DNA of 64,000 nt, taken from IMG/VR virus record IMGVR_UViG_3300044970_001522, positions 22,278 through 86,277 of that record. One strand, given 5' to 3'. Under the pieces are notes generated by a model. The model saw only the letters and a list, made by a program, of their open reading frames with translations. It did no database searches and was not told the origin of the DNA. Shown in pieces: positions 19,314-28,871 of this stretch. This DNA comes from a virus (Duplodnaviria > Heunggongvirae > Uroviricota > Caudoviricetes). Each line of letters opens with the position of its first letter. Positions within the stretch are counted from its first letter, which is position 1. Made by a program: the position numbers and the translations under genes.

Positions 19314-19616
19314 ATGGAAACCGAAAACCTAAACCTGCGGTCTTTGTGCCGCAAGCAACAAATTGCACTTGCAGTGTTGCGGTCAATGTGCAATTCACAG
19401 ACGGGCCACCTAGTACTTGAGAATTGGGAGCCAACACTCGACGATCTCGACCGCCGTGTGGATGCAGCACTGGCTGAGGTCCCTGCCCCAGGAGACAACT
19501 TTCCTGAGAAAACCGGCTTCTTTCGCAAGGCGAAGAATGCAGTTTTCGACTTTCTGTGCGGCTTCAATCTCCATGACAATGGTGATTACGACCGGGCGAC
19601 AATCCCGCCACGTTAG
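19314..19616 (+). CDS. hypothetical protein
   Basis: ATG 8 nt after the upstream stop. Confidence 0.3.
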   Translation: METENLNLRSLCRKQQIALAVLRSMCNSQTGHLVLENWEPTLDDLDRRVDAALAEVPAPGDNFPEKTGFFRKAKNAVFDFLCGFNLHDNGDYDRATIPPR

Positions 19617-19663
19617 ACTGCGGCGTGTCTCCTGCCCACCACAAACCACAAACCTCAAACAAA

Positions 19664-20074
19664 ATGACTACCTCCACCGAAACACGTCCGAGCACTCAGG
19701 CAAGTTCACTAACCATCCCTAGTCTCCCGCACATTCCAGAAAGTTGGGACATTGTGCTTTCCCCTGAACAACAAGGAGAGAACTTACGGCACGTTGCACT
19801 CTGGATTGTGGAGCGTGACTTGGATAACTTCAATATGTTTGCGTACCACCTGAATGGGGACTACACCAATTACTGGGAGGGAATAAACACCAGTAACTGC
19901 GGTACGGTTCACTGCATCGGAGGTTTCTCACAAGTTATGTGTGGAGAACTGGGCTTCACTGTCCACCCTCGGATTGCAGGAAACAGGCTGTTAGGAGAAG
20001 AGGCCGAAAGCCACTTCTCGGACACCACTGAAGACGGTCTTGCTTTCCTTCGGGAAGTGATCGCTCGCGGTTAG
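19664..20074 (+). CDS. paralog family A member 3
   Basis: caaaATG; CGTVHCIGGFSQVMCG...FLREVIARG. Confidence 0.5.
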   Translation: MTTSTETRPSTQASSLTIPSLPHIPESWDIVLSPEQQGENLRHVALWIVERDLDNFNMFAYHLNGDYTNYWEGINTSNCGTVHCIGGFSQVMCGELGFTVHPRIAGNRLLGEEAESHFSDTTEDGLAFLREVIARG

Positions 20075-20075
20075 T

Positions 20076-20294
20076 ATGCAACGAAACTACCCCTTCAGTC
20101 GAAAACACCGTCACCCGAAGGGGTCTCGGTGGGTCGAGGTGAAAGATGGGCTGAGGCTAACCCCAAATGAGAAGCTCATTCGTAAGCTGGACAAAGAGCG
20201 GGGTTCCCCCGAAGAGGTTACGCCAATTGAAGTACAAATCTCATTGGGGTTTGTCCTCGTCGTGCTACTTTCGGTGCTTTATATATTTGGTTGA
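20076..20294 (+). CDS. small protein with C-terminal transmembrane segment
   Basis: ISLGFVLVVLLSVLYIFG C-terminus. Confidence 0.3.
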   Translation: MQRNYPFSRKHRHPKGSRWVEVKDGLRLTPNEKLIRKLDKERGSPEEVTPIEVQISLGFVLVVLLSVLYIFG

Positions 20295-20448
20295 TTTCCC
20301 CCGTTTGTCACATTAAATTCGACACAGTTTACCTCCCCATCGAAGACGCAATTTCTGCCGCCGCAGACTGGTGAGAGCTACCAGCCTGAACTCGACGGGC
20401 ACCCCCTTATCAAGGTTTTGTCGGTCGTTTCTCCGTAGCGTAGGGGCA

Positions 20449-20492
20449 GGGCGGTTTACCCCCTTGCCTTTCCGACAGGGAAGCGGTAAACT
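20449..20492 (+). promoter_or_regulatory. cassette promoter TTGCCT-N17-TAAACT
   Basis: GGGCGGTTTACCCCC; spacer TTTCCgacaGGGAAG. Confidence 0.6.
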
Positions 20493-20513
20493 AAGCTAGT
20501 TCAAAGCACTCAG

Positions 20514-20831
20514 ATGAATCTCGCTCAGCTCGAAAAGAGCATCCCCAACAGTTACTCTCTAACAATTTCAAAGTCCCTAAAGAGGGACCAGGGCGACTGG
20601 TGGGACCGCTGGACCTGGGCCTTAAACAGCAGCGACAAACGCTACGAGTCCACCTGGTTTGGCTTCTCAACTTTGCAAGAAGTTCTCGAGGATCTTTCCA
20701 CTCACCTTGAGCTTTACTCCGAGCTTTTTCAGAGCGACACGGCACACAAGGAAGAAACGGAAGAGGTGCTCACAGATGGCGAGCTCGATGAGCTTGTTAG
20801 GTGTTTGTCCTATCAGGACCCCAAACCCTGA
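20514..20831 (+). CDS. hypothetical protein
   Basis: after promoter 20449-20492. Confidence 0.3.
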   Translation: MNLAQLEKSIPNSYSLTISKSLKRDQGDWWDRWTWALNSSDKRYESTWFGFSTLQEVLEDLSTHLELYSELFQSDTAHKEETEEVLTDGELDELVRCLSYQDPKP

Positions 20832-20878
20832 ATATCTAACTAGCTTACCTGACACTGCACACCTGAAACCTGAGAAAA

Positions 20879-21769
20879 ATGTCAATCACTCTGAAAGCCA
20901 CTCATCTTGTAAACGAGGGAAGCTACCTTGTTCATAGGAGCCATCACAGTGGCCTTGAGGTAGATGGAATCCCTGTAACGGCAAACACTTTCGTTGTGTC
21001 GGACCCTACGACCATCCTTAGTGTTCGCGTGTTTCAACCCGCAGTTACGCATTATGAGAACGAGACTGGTAGCACTTTGTCAGTCGAGTCGTACATGGAA
21101 CAGAAAAGCGATCTCGCTTCAAAAGGCACCCCGGAAAAGGGGTACTCAAGCTGCTACATCTTTGAGAATCTAGACGACGAATTTGCCTACAAGCGTTTTC
21201 TCAAAACGTGGAAGCCGGTGTTCGGCGAGTCTCGCACGGAAAAGGATCCCGTCAAACTTGAGGTGGTGGAGGTTCGTACCAACTCCGGCGACCCAGACAT
21301 TCAGTCTATGTGGAACTCTCCGCAATGCGCAACCAAGGCACACCTATACACCTTAGACCGCAATGCGATTTCTCTCCGAGACTTCAAAGCTTGTTGCGAA
21401 GCTCATGGCTTAGACTACAATATCCCGTCCCACAGCGGTATTCGATTTGCAAAGATCGACGGGAAGTACGCCGGGTTTGACGACATGGACTTTTCCAAGT
21501 CTCCCCCTTTCATTGGTACTCTCGACCAGTGCAAAGCAGAAAAGTTGTCTCTTTACAAGAGGGTGACGAATACTATCAAACTATACATTGCGAAGTACAG
21601 GACGAAACCCGCACTGAAAAACGCTGCAGAGGTTCTATCCGATCTAGACGCCATTTGGGTCAGGGTACAGAAAGTCACACCCATGAAAGCCTCTCGCGAC
21701 AATCACACTGCCGCACTCGCCGCAATCAATAAGCTGCAGACCTCAGTTCGTAGGGAGATACTGGACTAA
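20879..21769 (+). CDS. hypothetical protein
   Basis: 296-aa ORF, aaaATG context. Confidence 0.4.
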   Translation: MSITLKATHLVNEGSYLVHRSHHSGLEVDGIPVTANTFVVSDPTTILSVRVFQPAVTHYENETGSTLSVESYMEQKSDLASKGTPEKGYSSCYIFENLDDEFAYKRFLKTWKPVFGESRTEKDPVKLEVVEVRTNSGDPDIQSMWNSPQCATKAHLYTLDRNAISLRDFKACCEAHGLDYNIPSHSGIRFAKIDGKYAGFDDMDFSKSPPFIGTLDQCKAEKLSLYKRVTNTIKLYIAKYRTKPALKNAAEVLSDLDAIWVRVQKVTPMKASRDNHTAALAAINKLQTSVRREILD

Positions 21770-21812
21770 GGCGGTTTCCCCCCTTGCCTTCCCGGCAGGA
21801 AAGCGGTATAGT
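21769..21812 (+). promoter_or_regulatory. cassette promoter TTGCCT-N17-TATAGT (tandem duplicate of 22081)
   Basis: spacer CTTCCCggcaGGAAAG; +1 TTACTTCAGTCCAC. Confidence 0.6.
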
Positions 21813-21835
21813 TACTTCAGTCCACGCACGCGACC

Positions 21836-22054
21836 ATGACCTTCGACCCTCAAGCAGAAGCACGCTCAATGCTGCTTTGTTGGGAAAAGTACTACGTTAT
21901 TCCACCTAACACTAAAACACTTCGAGATTGCGCTGAGCATGGCGCTACACACTGCGCCTACGGCTGGCCAAAGTTTCCGGACCCCAGATGGAACAGTGAG
22001 CAGATCGAAGCGTATCTTGCTGCCTCCTGCTCTGCCCCGCATAGTCCGTGCTGA
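21836..22054 (+). CDS. hypothetical protein (paralog of 22148 at the N-terminus)
   Basis: N-terminus MTFDPQAEA versus MAFHPQAEA; identical 5'UTR. Confidence 0.3.
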   Translation: MTFDPQAEARSMLLCWEKYYVIPPNTKTLRDCAEHGATHCAYGWPKFPDPRWNSEQIEAYLAASCSAPHSPC

Positions 22055-22080
22055 GGCACACCCACCGATCCCTTTCTTTG

Positions 22081-22124
22081 GGGCGGTTTACCCCCTTTCT
22101 TTCTCGAAGAGAAAGCGGTATACT
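22081..22124 (+). promoter_or_regulatory. cassette promoter TTTCTT-N17-TATACT
   Basis: GGGCGGTTTACCCCC; spacer TTTCTCgaaGAGAAAG. Confidence 0.6.
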
Positions 22125-22147
22125 TACTTCAGTCCACGCACGCAACC

Positions 22148-22423
22148 ATGGCATTCCACCCTCAAGCAGAAGCCGATCTCGAAGCACTTTGGCTGGGGCT
22201 TCCCGAAGAAACCCGAAGCAAGGTTGAGAAAATGCCCGCAGGTTTGCGGGACTCTTTTCTGCAGTTGGCCCACTCCTACGCACTTTCTGCTTACAAACTC
22301 GGGGCTCGGCGATCCAGGCAAGACTGCCACAGGGCTCTTTTACTTGTGGCTGAGAAGGTGCATCCCGACAGCAACTTGGAAAGCTTCCTTGAGCCTGGCT
22401 TCGGTATGATTGCTCGTGCGTAG
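22148..22423 (+). CDS. hypothetical protein (paralog of 21836)
   Basis: duplicated promoter, 5'UTR and N-terminal codons. Confidence 0.3.
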   Translation: MAFHPQAEADLEALWLGLPEETRSKVEKMPAGLRDSFLQLAHSYALSAYKLGARRSRQDCHRALLLVAEKVHPDSNLESFLEPGFGMIARA

Positions 22424-22966
22424 CACTCACACTCAACTTCAACGAGTCACCGACCCACGCCCTTAAACTGAAGGAAAGCCATGGCCAACCCCAAGCCACC
22501 GATCACAGATCTGCAAAGAAACATGTTACGGCTGCTTGAACGCAGCACGAACTCAGGGGACGGATGGCGCTCAGTGTCTAGCCTCCTTTGGAAGCTGGTG
22601 GTGGAGCAAAGCCACCCAGAACTAACTGAGTTGGATCAAGAAAACACGCGGGTCCGGTTTACACCGGAAGGACTCATTGTGATGAAGTATTTGCCATGAC
22701 TCTTGAGTCACCAATTCTTAATCTTGCAGAGTTTCTCGGCAAAGAAGTCACCGTTGTGCTACGCGATGGCTCAGTTCGTACCGGTGTTATCTCGCCTTCT
22801 TCAGGTAGTTTTATGCCCTGGCGTTGGATGGGCGAGTTATTTCCGTACTTCATGAACACAGGCTCATCTCCGGCTCTCACTTGGACCGGCACAGGTCGGT
22901 GGGATATTATTGATGAACACGAGTACGACATTATGAAAATTGATCTAAAAAGCTGAATGAGAAACA

Positions 22967-23524
22967 ATGACTGAGGCTAAAGGGGCAATGAAAGTGTACA
23001 CAGGAATTGGGAGTCGAGAGACACCTGGTCCGATCCTGGCACTTATGGGCCGAATTTCGGCAAGGATGGACCGTCTAGGACTCACACTGCGCTCTGGTGG
23101 TGCTGACGGGGCTGACTCAGCTTTTGAGGAATACTCTACGAGAAAGGAGATATTTCTCCCGTACAACGGCTTTAATGGAAGGCACCACGATGGCGTATCC
23201 TACTTTGATTACCTTTTGTGCCCAGGGCGAGAACTAGCTCAAGAAAGCGTGGAGCAGTTTCATCCCGCACCCTCTCGGCTCTTTGATAAGGGGCGAAAGT
23301 TAATGGCTAGGAACGCGATGCAAGTCCTAGGGAGAGACTGCAAGAGCCCAACGGACGTGGTAGTCTGCTGGACAAAAAACGGCAAGGACGTCGGTGGAAC
23401 CTCACAGGCGATTCGCATCGCCAGGTTTCACAACATTTCCGTCCTTAACCTGGGTAACCCGGCCACAGAGACCTATTTCACTGCTTTCACAGACGATCCC
23501 GATTCGCCTTTTGTACTTCCTTAG
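22967..23524 (+). CDS. DprA/SLOG-like Rossmann-fold protein
   Basis: YTGIGSRETP...GLTLRSGGADGADSAFEE (GGAxGxD motif of the DprA/LOG-like SLOG superfamily). Confidence 0.4.
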   Translation: MTEAKGAMKVYTGIGSRETPGPILALMGRISARMDRLGLTLRSGGADGADSAFEEYSTRKEIFLPYNGFNGRHHDGVSYFDYLLCPGRELAQESVEQFHPAPSRLFDKGRKLMARNAMQVLGRDCKSPTDVVVCWTKNGKDVGGTSQAIRIARFHNISVLNLGNPATETYFTAFTDDPDSPFVLP

Positions 23525-23586
23525 GGCGGTCCCCGGTTACCCTGGGGCGGTCCCCCCTTGCCTTTCCGACAGGAAAGCGGTATAGT
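23524..23586 (+). promoter_or_regulatory. double cassette TTGCCT-N17-TATAGT
   Basis: GGGCGGTCCCCGGTTACCC then GGGGCGGTCCCCCC; spacer TTTCCgacaGGAAAG. Confidence 0.6.
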
Positions 23587-23631
23587 AGGTTTATACGGGA
23601 CAAAAACCCGCAATCCACCTTGTCCCAGAAA

Positions 23632-24054
23632 ATGGCATTCACATCCGAAGGAACAATCGAGATCGACCTTCCCGAGTTATGGGAATGGGTTCACGACAAC
23701 TATCTCCCTGTCCCCAGGGGGTCTGAGGTACGTTATGGGGTGCCCCGCATCAACCGTGGGAACTCCGTCATGGAAATTGACTTTGCGGCTGCTACCGAGT
23801 GCGATCCGGCGGATTGGGCGGTGAAGCCGAAGGCGGTGACCCAGTGGGAATCTACTGGCGCTGCACAAACTGAAAGTCCTACCGAAGGGGGAGCTCAACA
23901 TACCATTGAGCTGCGTGTATCGCAAAACTTTTATGACGTGGTGACCCTTCTTGCAAAGGCTGACGGTATAAGTAAAGCCGACGTCATAAGAAGGGCTGTG
24001 GAGCTATTCGCCAGAGAGGCAGCCGAAGGCGGTGACCCAGTGGGAGGAGCTTAA
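23632..24054 (+). CDS. ribbon-helix-helix DNA-binding protein (C-terminal RHH)
   Basis: C-terminus FYDVVTLLAKADGISKADVIRRAVELFA resembles a CopG/Arc RHH. Confidence 0.35.
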   Translation: MAFTSEGTIEIDLPELWEWVHDNYLPVPRGSEVRYGVPRINRGNSVMEIDFAAATECDPADWAVKPKAVTQWESTGAAQTESPTEGGAQHTIELRVSQNFYDVVTLLAKADGISKADVIRRAVELFAREAAEGGDPVGGA

Positions 24055-24303
24055 GTGAAATTCAAAATTACTAGAAACCCTGTGAAGGAACCCAACCTAA
24101 ACTGTCGGGTAATGAGGATTTTAGTACCCTATGCTCTTTTAATCGACGCTGCAATTGAAATCTTCACGTTCTCGCAGTTCAGAGGTAACCTTCAAATGAC
24201 TTTGATCGTTAAGTTAGCTAAGGAGAGAGAAAAGCTAGCTAAGCAATCGCGTAAGCTTCACAACATTTGACTTCATGACTCCTTTCACTCTTCTCTTTTA
24301 GCC

Positions 24304-24420
24304 CTCAAACTCACCGGGTATATATCCTGGCCCTGGCTTCTGGTGCTCCTTCCCTCGTTCATCGACTCTTCGCTTGTATCTCTCTATGTAGGGTTTTGGT
24401 ACTACACCTTTGGAAAAACA
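24304..24420 (+). pseudogene. third, start-less copy of the WPWL-motif membrane protein
   Basis: LKLTGYISWPWLLVLLPSF encoded with no in-frame ATG/GTG after the upstream stop; a short out-of-frame ATG ORF lies just upstream. Confidence 0.3.
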
Positions 24421-24501
24421 CCTGGGTCTCTGGTTTCCGGACCAACGGAAGGTTCCGCCGCAAATAATTTATCACTTTCTCAACAACCAACCTAAACCAA
24501 A

Positions 24502-25554
24502 ATGGCAAACATCGAACGCAAACTCGCCTCCGTCCAGCGAATCGCTGAGGTTCGCTCTATCCCTGAAGCAGACAGAATCTGTGCCTACCGTGTTAATGGG
24601 TGGTGGGTTGTTGACTCTGTAGGTAAGTATGAGGTTGGGGACTTGGCAGTTTACCTGGAGCCAGACTCGTTTGTGCCCCATGTACTGGATCCTACTCTGT
24701 CTAAGGGGAAAGAACCGAAGGAGTATAAGGGGGTAAGGGGGGAGAAATTAAGAACAATTCGGCTGAAAAAGCAACTTTCTCAGGGGTTGTTGCTACCGTT
24801 CGTGGAGACATTGAACGGAGGATTCTTCCAAGTCAAAGGTGATGACGGCTTCTTACGCTTTGTAAGGGAAGGTGACGATGTTACCGAACTCCTCGGTATT
24901 CAAAAGTGGGAAGCTCCGGTCCCCGCATGCCTTGCCGGACAAGTTCGTGGAAACTTCCCGAGCTACATTACCAAAACGGATCAGCCGAGAGTTCAATCTC
25001 TATACGACAAACTGGGGGAATACAAGAATGTTGTATACGAAGTTACGGAGAAACTAGAGGGTACATCTTGTACGATGTACCTTAACAACGGAGAGTTCGG
25101 AGTTTGCTCCCGTAACTTAGACCTAAAAGAGGATAATAATAACACTTATTGGTCCGTCGCTAGAAAAGTCAATCTAGAAGAAAAACTGAAGACTGCAGGG
25201 TTTGACAATGTGGCTGTACAGGGAGAAGTTGTAGGCCCAAAAATCCAGCAAAACATCTACAAGCTAAATGACTTCAAGTTCTTTGTTTTTGATGTCTACC
25301 TTACGGATATGGGGAGGTACATGACCCCCCTGGAAAGGAAAAACTTTTGCGATCAATTTGGTTTGGGCCACGTCCCTGTGTTGGGAAGCTTCTCTATAAA
25401 GGATATGGGTGTGGAAGAGATCCTCGGTATGGCAGACGGTTTCTCTCAACTTAACAATAAGACTCTCCGGGAGGGGATTGTCTTCAAGAGTGAATGTGGT
25501 GCTTTTAGCTTCAAGAGCATCAGCAATCAGTACCTTCTTAAAAGCGGGCTTTGA
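24502..25554 (+). CDS. RNA-ligase-family nucleotidyltransferase (Rnl2-like) with duplicated C-terminus downstream
   Basis: motif I TEKLEGTS (KxxG lysine nucleotidyltransferase); the 3' end is antisense-overlapped by a homing endonuclease gene and duplicated at 26464-26691. Confidence 0.5.
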   Translation: MANIERKLASVQRIAEVRSIPEADRICAYRVNGWWVVDSVGKYEVGDLAVYLEPDSFVPHVLDPTLSKGKEPKEYKGVRGEKLRTIRLKKQLSQGLLLPFVETLNGGFFQVKGDDGFLRFVREGDDVTELLGIQKWEAPVPACLAGQVRGNFPSYITKTDQPRVQSLYDKLGEYKNVVYEVTEKLEGTSCTMYLNNGEFGVCSRNLDLKEDNNNTYWSVARKVNLEEKLKTAGFDNVAVQGEVVGPKIQQNIYKLNDFKFFVFDVYLTDMGRYMTPLERKNFCDQFGLGHVPVLGSFSIKDMGVEEILGMADGFSQLNNKTLREGIVFKSECGAFSFKSISNQYLLKSGL

Positions 25555-26397
25555 CGGTCCCGTTTTGGCCTTGTTTGGGGTTAAATCAACCCTGAGAAGA
25601 AGGTTCCCCACTCCGCATTCATTCACATCCAACTGACTACCAATTTGACTGGGAGTGTAGCCCTTGAGATGTAAAACCAAGATACTTATGCAGTAGTCGC
25701 TGTAACTAGAGAACCTGTTCCCGTACTTATTATACACTTTAGTTCTCTGCTGGTCGTTCAAAGAAGTCAGATTTAGGCGCTCTAGGGCTTTAGCAACGCC
25801 TCTGACGTTTACTCCCAGGGCTTTTGAAATGACCTCCGCGATACCCCAACAAGACTCGTATAGGTTTTCTATCTCAACTAAGAAATGTTTATAGGAGTGA
25901 AATCTGTTTCTAATTGCTGGACTTTTTAATAGCTGCTTCCAGGAATTTTCTTCGGCTCTTCCCTTTGCAGCCATAGACAGTTTCTTCTTAGTTTCTTCTG
26001 AGGCTTTAAAACCTTTTCTAGTCTTGCTAATCTTCTCCGCAGTTAAATGTGTCACGGGGCAATTCTCCTTGGTTCTACCCACATTCCATGGCGCCCCCTT
26101 GGCCCCGAAAGCGTTCTTTCGGCTTCTGTTTAAGTATAGTTCGTTGAACTCTATGTTTAGTCTTCGTAAAACAGTTTGTTCCCATTCGGCTGCCTTTTTA
26201 GGTTCGTCTCCAAAAGTTTTTCTCACTTCCAGGATATCTGGCTCCCCGTGAACTTTTCTAAATGCTTTTACATGCCGGGAGCTGGTGAAATAGGCAACCC
26301 AAAGGTCAGCAGGGTGACATCCTTTGGCGAATCTAACTCCGTAGTAGTACTTATTGAACCGGGACCAACCCACTCTGTATGTGTAGCAATTTCTCAT
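25264..26397 (-). CDS. GIY-YIG homing endonuclease (seg-like) with NUMOD3 motifs
   Basis: N-terminus CYTYRVGWSRFNKYYYGVRFA (GIY-YIG); HLTAEKISKTRKGFKASEETKKKLSMAAKGR (NUMOD3 repeats); the only minus-strand gene in the window. Confidence 0.7.
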   Translation of the reverse strand: MRNCYTYRVGWSRFNKYYYGVRFAKGCHPADLWVAYFTSSRHVKAFRKVHGEPDILEVRKTFGDEPKKAAEWEQTVLRRLNIEFNELYLNRSRKNAFGAKGAPWNVGRTKENCPVTHLTAEKISKTRKGFKASEETKKKLSMAAKGRAEENSWKQLLKSPAIRNRFHSYKHFLVEIENLYESCWGIAEVISKALGVNVRGVAKALERLNLTSLNDQQRTKVYNKYGNRFSSYSDYCISILVLHLKGYTPSQIGSQLDVNECGVGNLLLRVDLTPNKAKTGPSKPAFKKVLIADALEAKSTTFTLEDNPLPESLIVKLRETVCHTEDLFHTHILYREASQHRDVAQTKLIAKVFPFQGGHVPPHIRKVDIKNKELEVI

Positions 26398-26463
26398 TGG
26401 TTTCAGAACGACTTGTTAAGGTTTACCCTGAATGACTTCGCCTAGTTAAAAACTAGACGGCCC

Positions 26464-26691
26464 TTGGTGCCTGGGGACGCTAAAGCCCCCCTGGAGCACG
26501 CACCCGTCCTGGACCTTTCCCTGGTGCTGACCGACCGGTTCGGCTCCCTGGAGGAGCTGCTAGCTTACGCCGATGGCCCGTCTCTGAACCCCAAGGTTAA
26601 GCGAGAAGAGATTGTCCTCAAATCCAATGAGTATGGTTTCACTTTTAAGGCCATCAGTAATGAATGGTCGATGAAAAAGAAGGAGAAGTGA
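26464..26691 (+). pseudogene. divergent GC-rich duplicate of the RNA ligase C-terminal segment (relic or co-conversion fragment)
   Basis: HAPVLDLSLVLTDRFGSLEELLAYADG...EEIVLKSNEYGFTFKAISNEW aligns with the ligase C-terminus HVPVLGSFSIKDMGVEEILGMADG...EGIVFKSECGAFSFKSISNQY; local GC content far above the surrounding sequence. Confidence 0.45.
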
Positions 26692-26915
26692 TGGCTGAAG
26701 TGAATCTAGAAGTCCCTTGGACTTCACTAATTGAATCTGAGCAGAAAGCTGCTCAAGCTATCTTAGACGACGAAAATCTAGGGAGGTTACTGAGCGAGGT
26801 TAAAATAGACCAAGACGCCCCCAAGCGAAAGATTGACCAAATACTCAAGAGTCTATCCAATCTAAAAAATTCTCTCTTTAATTCGCTACGCAAATTGGCA
26901 CATTCACCGCTATAG
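26691..26915 (+). CDS. hypothetical acidic protein
   Basis: ORF. Confidence 0.3.
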   Translation: MAEVNLEVPWTSLIESEQKAAQAILDDENLGRLLSEVKIDQDAPKRKIDQILKSLSNLKNSLFNSLRKLAHSPL

Positions 26916-27365
26916 ACAAGGCACTTCTACCCTAACCCTAGCACTTATATTTACTTTTCATTGTTTGGTAGCCTGCTCCACCTTAAGCCTAGGGATCTTG
27001 GCAACTCCTGTGAACCACTTCCTGGTGTCTTATGGCATCTCACTCCTTGCCATTACATGATACATTCATCGTCCCAACATACACAATGATTCCTAATGCG
27101 TAAGTTCTTTCGTGACTGCAATCTAGTAATTCGAAACTACCGTGATAACACACCAACCGTAGCAATGGCGGCAGTCTTTGCTATACAATGCTTAATTTCG
27201 TCCTTGGCGATAGTTGTCGGAGTTCATGTCCCTGTAACTTTTCTGTCCGTTACGAGTGTGGTACTTGGACTCCTCGGTGTTGCATTCACGTTGTATGTTC
27301 ATCGTCCAAATTTCGGTAGGCCGGATATCCGGGGGTAGTGTTCCCTCGTGAAAGCCAAAGTGGTT

Positions 27366-27433
27366 GGGGGCGGTTTCCCTTTTGCTTCGGGACGGTTTCC
27401 CGGCTTGTTTTTGCTCGGCAGAAACGCTATACT
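27366..27433 (+). promoter_or_regulatory. double cassette TTGTTT-N16-TATACT
   Basis: GGGGGCGGTTTCCC then GGGACGGTTTCCCGGC. Confidence 0.55.
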
Positions 27434-27465
27434 AACTTAGTCAGTTCACCCCGCACTAAACCTAA

Positions 27466-27738
27466 ATGTCAGCCCCAACCCCGTACGAATACCCTACGGG
27501 CACAACTCCCGAAGCGATTGAAGCCTTTCGCACCATCTGGTGTAAAACACCTGAAGACGACATTCGCTTAGGATCCGTCTTTGAAATTTTCCTGAAGGGG
27601 TTTGTTGCCGGACGGATTTCCATATTTGAGCAACTTTCCCGCGATCTCTCCAACTTGGATGAAAGGGTTGGGGACCTGGAGCGATTCCGAAACGCAACCG
27701 CAAATTACGACTCGTTCGGCGACTACACACGTCCTTAA
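27466..27738 (+). CDS. hypothetical protein (paralog of 27819)
   Basis: shared FEIFLKGFVAGRI / FLIFLKGYVSGRI motif. Confidence 0.3.
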   Translation: MSAPTPYEYPTGTTPEAIEAFRTIWCKTPEDDIRLGSVFEIFLKGFVAGRISIFEQLSRDLSNLDERVGDLERFRNATANYDSFGDYTRP

Positions 27739-27818
27739 GATGGAACTCCCCCCCGTTAACGGCAACCGACAAGATATACTGGAATAGTGCCTTAACTGAT
27801 TTCCTGGCCGTTTGGCCA

Positions 27819-28007
27819 ATGACCAAAGATGACACCGCATTTTTCACCGCGTCTGTTGAAGGTGCTCGTTCTTCGTCAACGGAGCGTATTGCGGCAGTGG
27901 TCTTGAGCGACACTTCACTTCGTTCAACCTTTCTAATCTTTCTAAAGGGATATGTTTCAGGGCGCATCAAACAGATGTCCACAAATGGGGTAGATGGGGA
28001 CACCTGA
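27819..28007 (+). CDS. hypothetical protein (paralog of 27466)
   Basis: shared motif. Confidence 0.25.
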   Translation: MTKDDTAFFTASVEGARSSSTERIAAVVLSDTSLRSTFLIFLKGYVSGRIKQMSTNGVDGDT

Positions 28008-28350
28008 AGCAAATGTCCCAATGATTGAAACCAGGGACACACCCTTGGTGACATTCTCCAATTCAAACCGCAAAGCACAAAGCTTAAAATGGAACTACTT
28101 GCCATAGCCCTGTTCAGCGTAGCCGTCGGTGCCTTCGGCTATATAAGCGATCGAAGAGACTGGAACGGGGGCTTCTGCAGGGAGTCCGGTAAACCGTGGG
28201 TTCAGTTTGACCTCGCAAGCGACGGCTCCCGAGGGTATAAAGACGGGTCAGACAACTACATTTGGATTTCTTACCCCGTCGACCACTCGAAAGTTTCCTA
28301 GTGCCCTCAACCGTGCCATTTCAACTCCCCATATACGCAACCACCCCCAA

Positions 28351-28635
28351 ATGATAAATCCAGAAGACCAAATCTTGTTCGACCCTCTCACTGAAACTTT
28401 CACGTATCCTGACGGGATTCAAGAAACCCTGGCCCAATACAAACGACGAACTTACCAGTTCGAGTACATTCGCAATCTCCAGAGTGCACTCGAAGAACTT
28501 AAGGTTCTTTACCAAAACCCTGGCTGCATGACAGAACCTGAGTACTGTAGGGCTAAAAATAAAATCGAGGAAGAGTTTGACTTCTGGGAACTTAACCTTT
28601 TCGTCGAGTACGACGATGAGGACTTTGGTAGTTAA
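28351..28635 (+). CDS. hypothetical protein
   Basis: caaATG. Confidence 0.3.
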   Translation: MINPEDQILFDPLTETFTYPDGIQETLAQYKRRTYQFEYIRNLQSALEELKVLYQNPGCMTEPEYCRAKNKIEEEFDFWELNLFVEYDDEDFGS

Positions 28636-28871
28636 CCTAAGTATCCGCATTAACACAAAACTCTGCCCCAGCCTCTCTGGCTAACTCATCACTCGTCAAA
28701 ATGTCTCCACTACTCTCCGCGCTCATCTGGATGTTTATAATGTGGGTGTCCATATTTTGGGTCTCGTACGTTACAGGGAAAATAAACTAGGGTGGGCTTC
28801 CTTTAATTTTTCGACCACCTTAGTAGCACTTTTCAACCTTATATTTTTGGGTCTGAAACCCAATTAACCGT

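Noticed and set aside
24502-26691. Group I intron carrying the homing endonuclease inside the RNA ligase gene
   Set aside because: I cannot recognise the P/Q/R/S core or a plausible splice junction by eye. Both ligase C-terminal copies end with in-frame stops. Left as a free-standing HEG insertion hypothesis, to be tested with covariance models.
27494-28105. Long minus-strand ORFs (e.g. 27494-28105, 38581-39360, 45454-46026, 3232-3663, 10617-11111)
   Set aside because: Each lies antisense to a plus-strand gene with recognisable motifs or promoter-anchored start. No cassette promoter exists in minus orientation, and the only convincing minus-strand gene is the GIY-YIG endonuclease.
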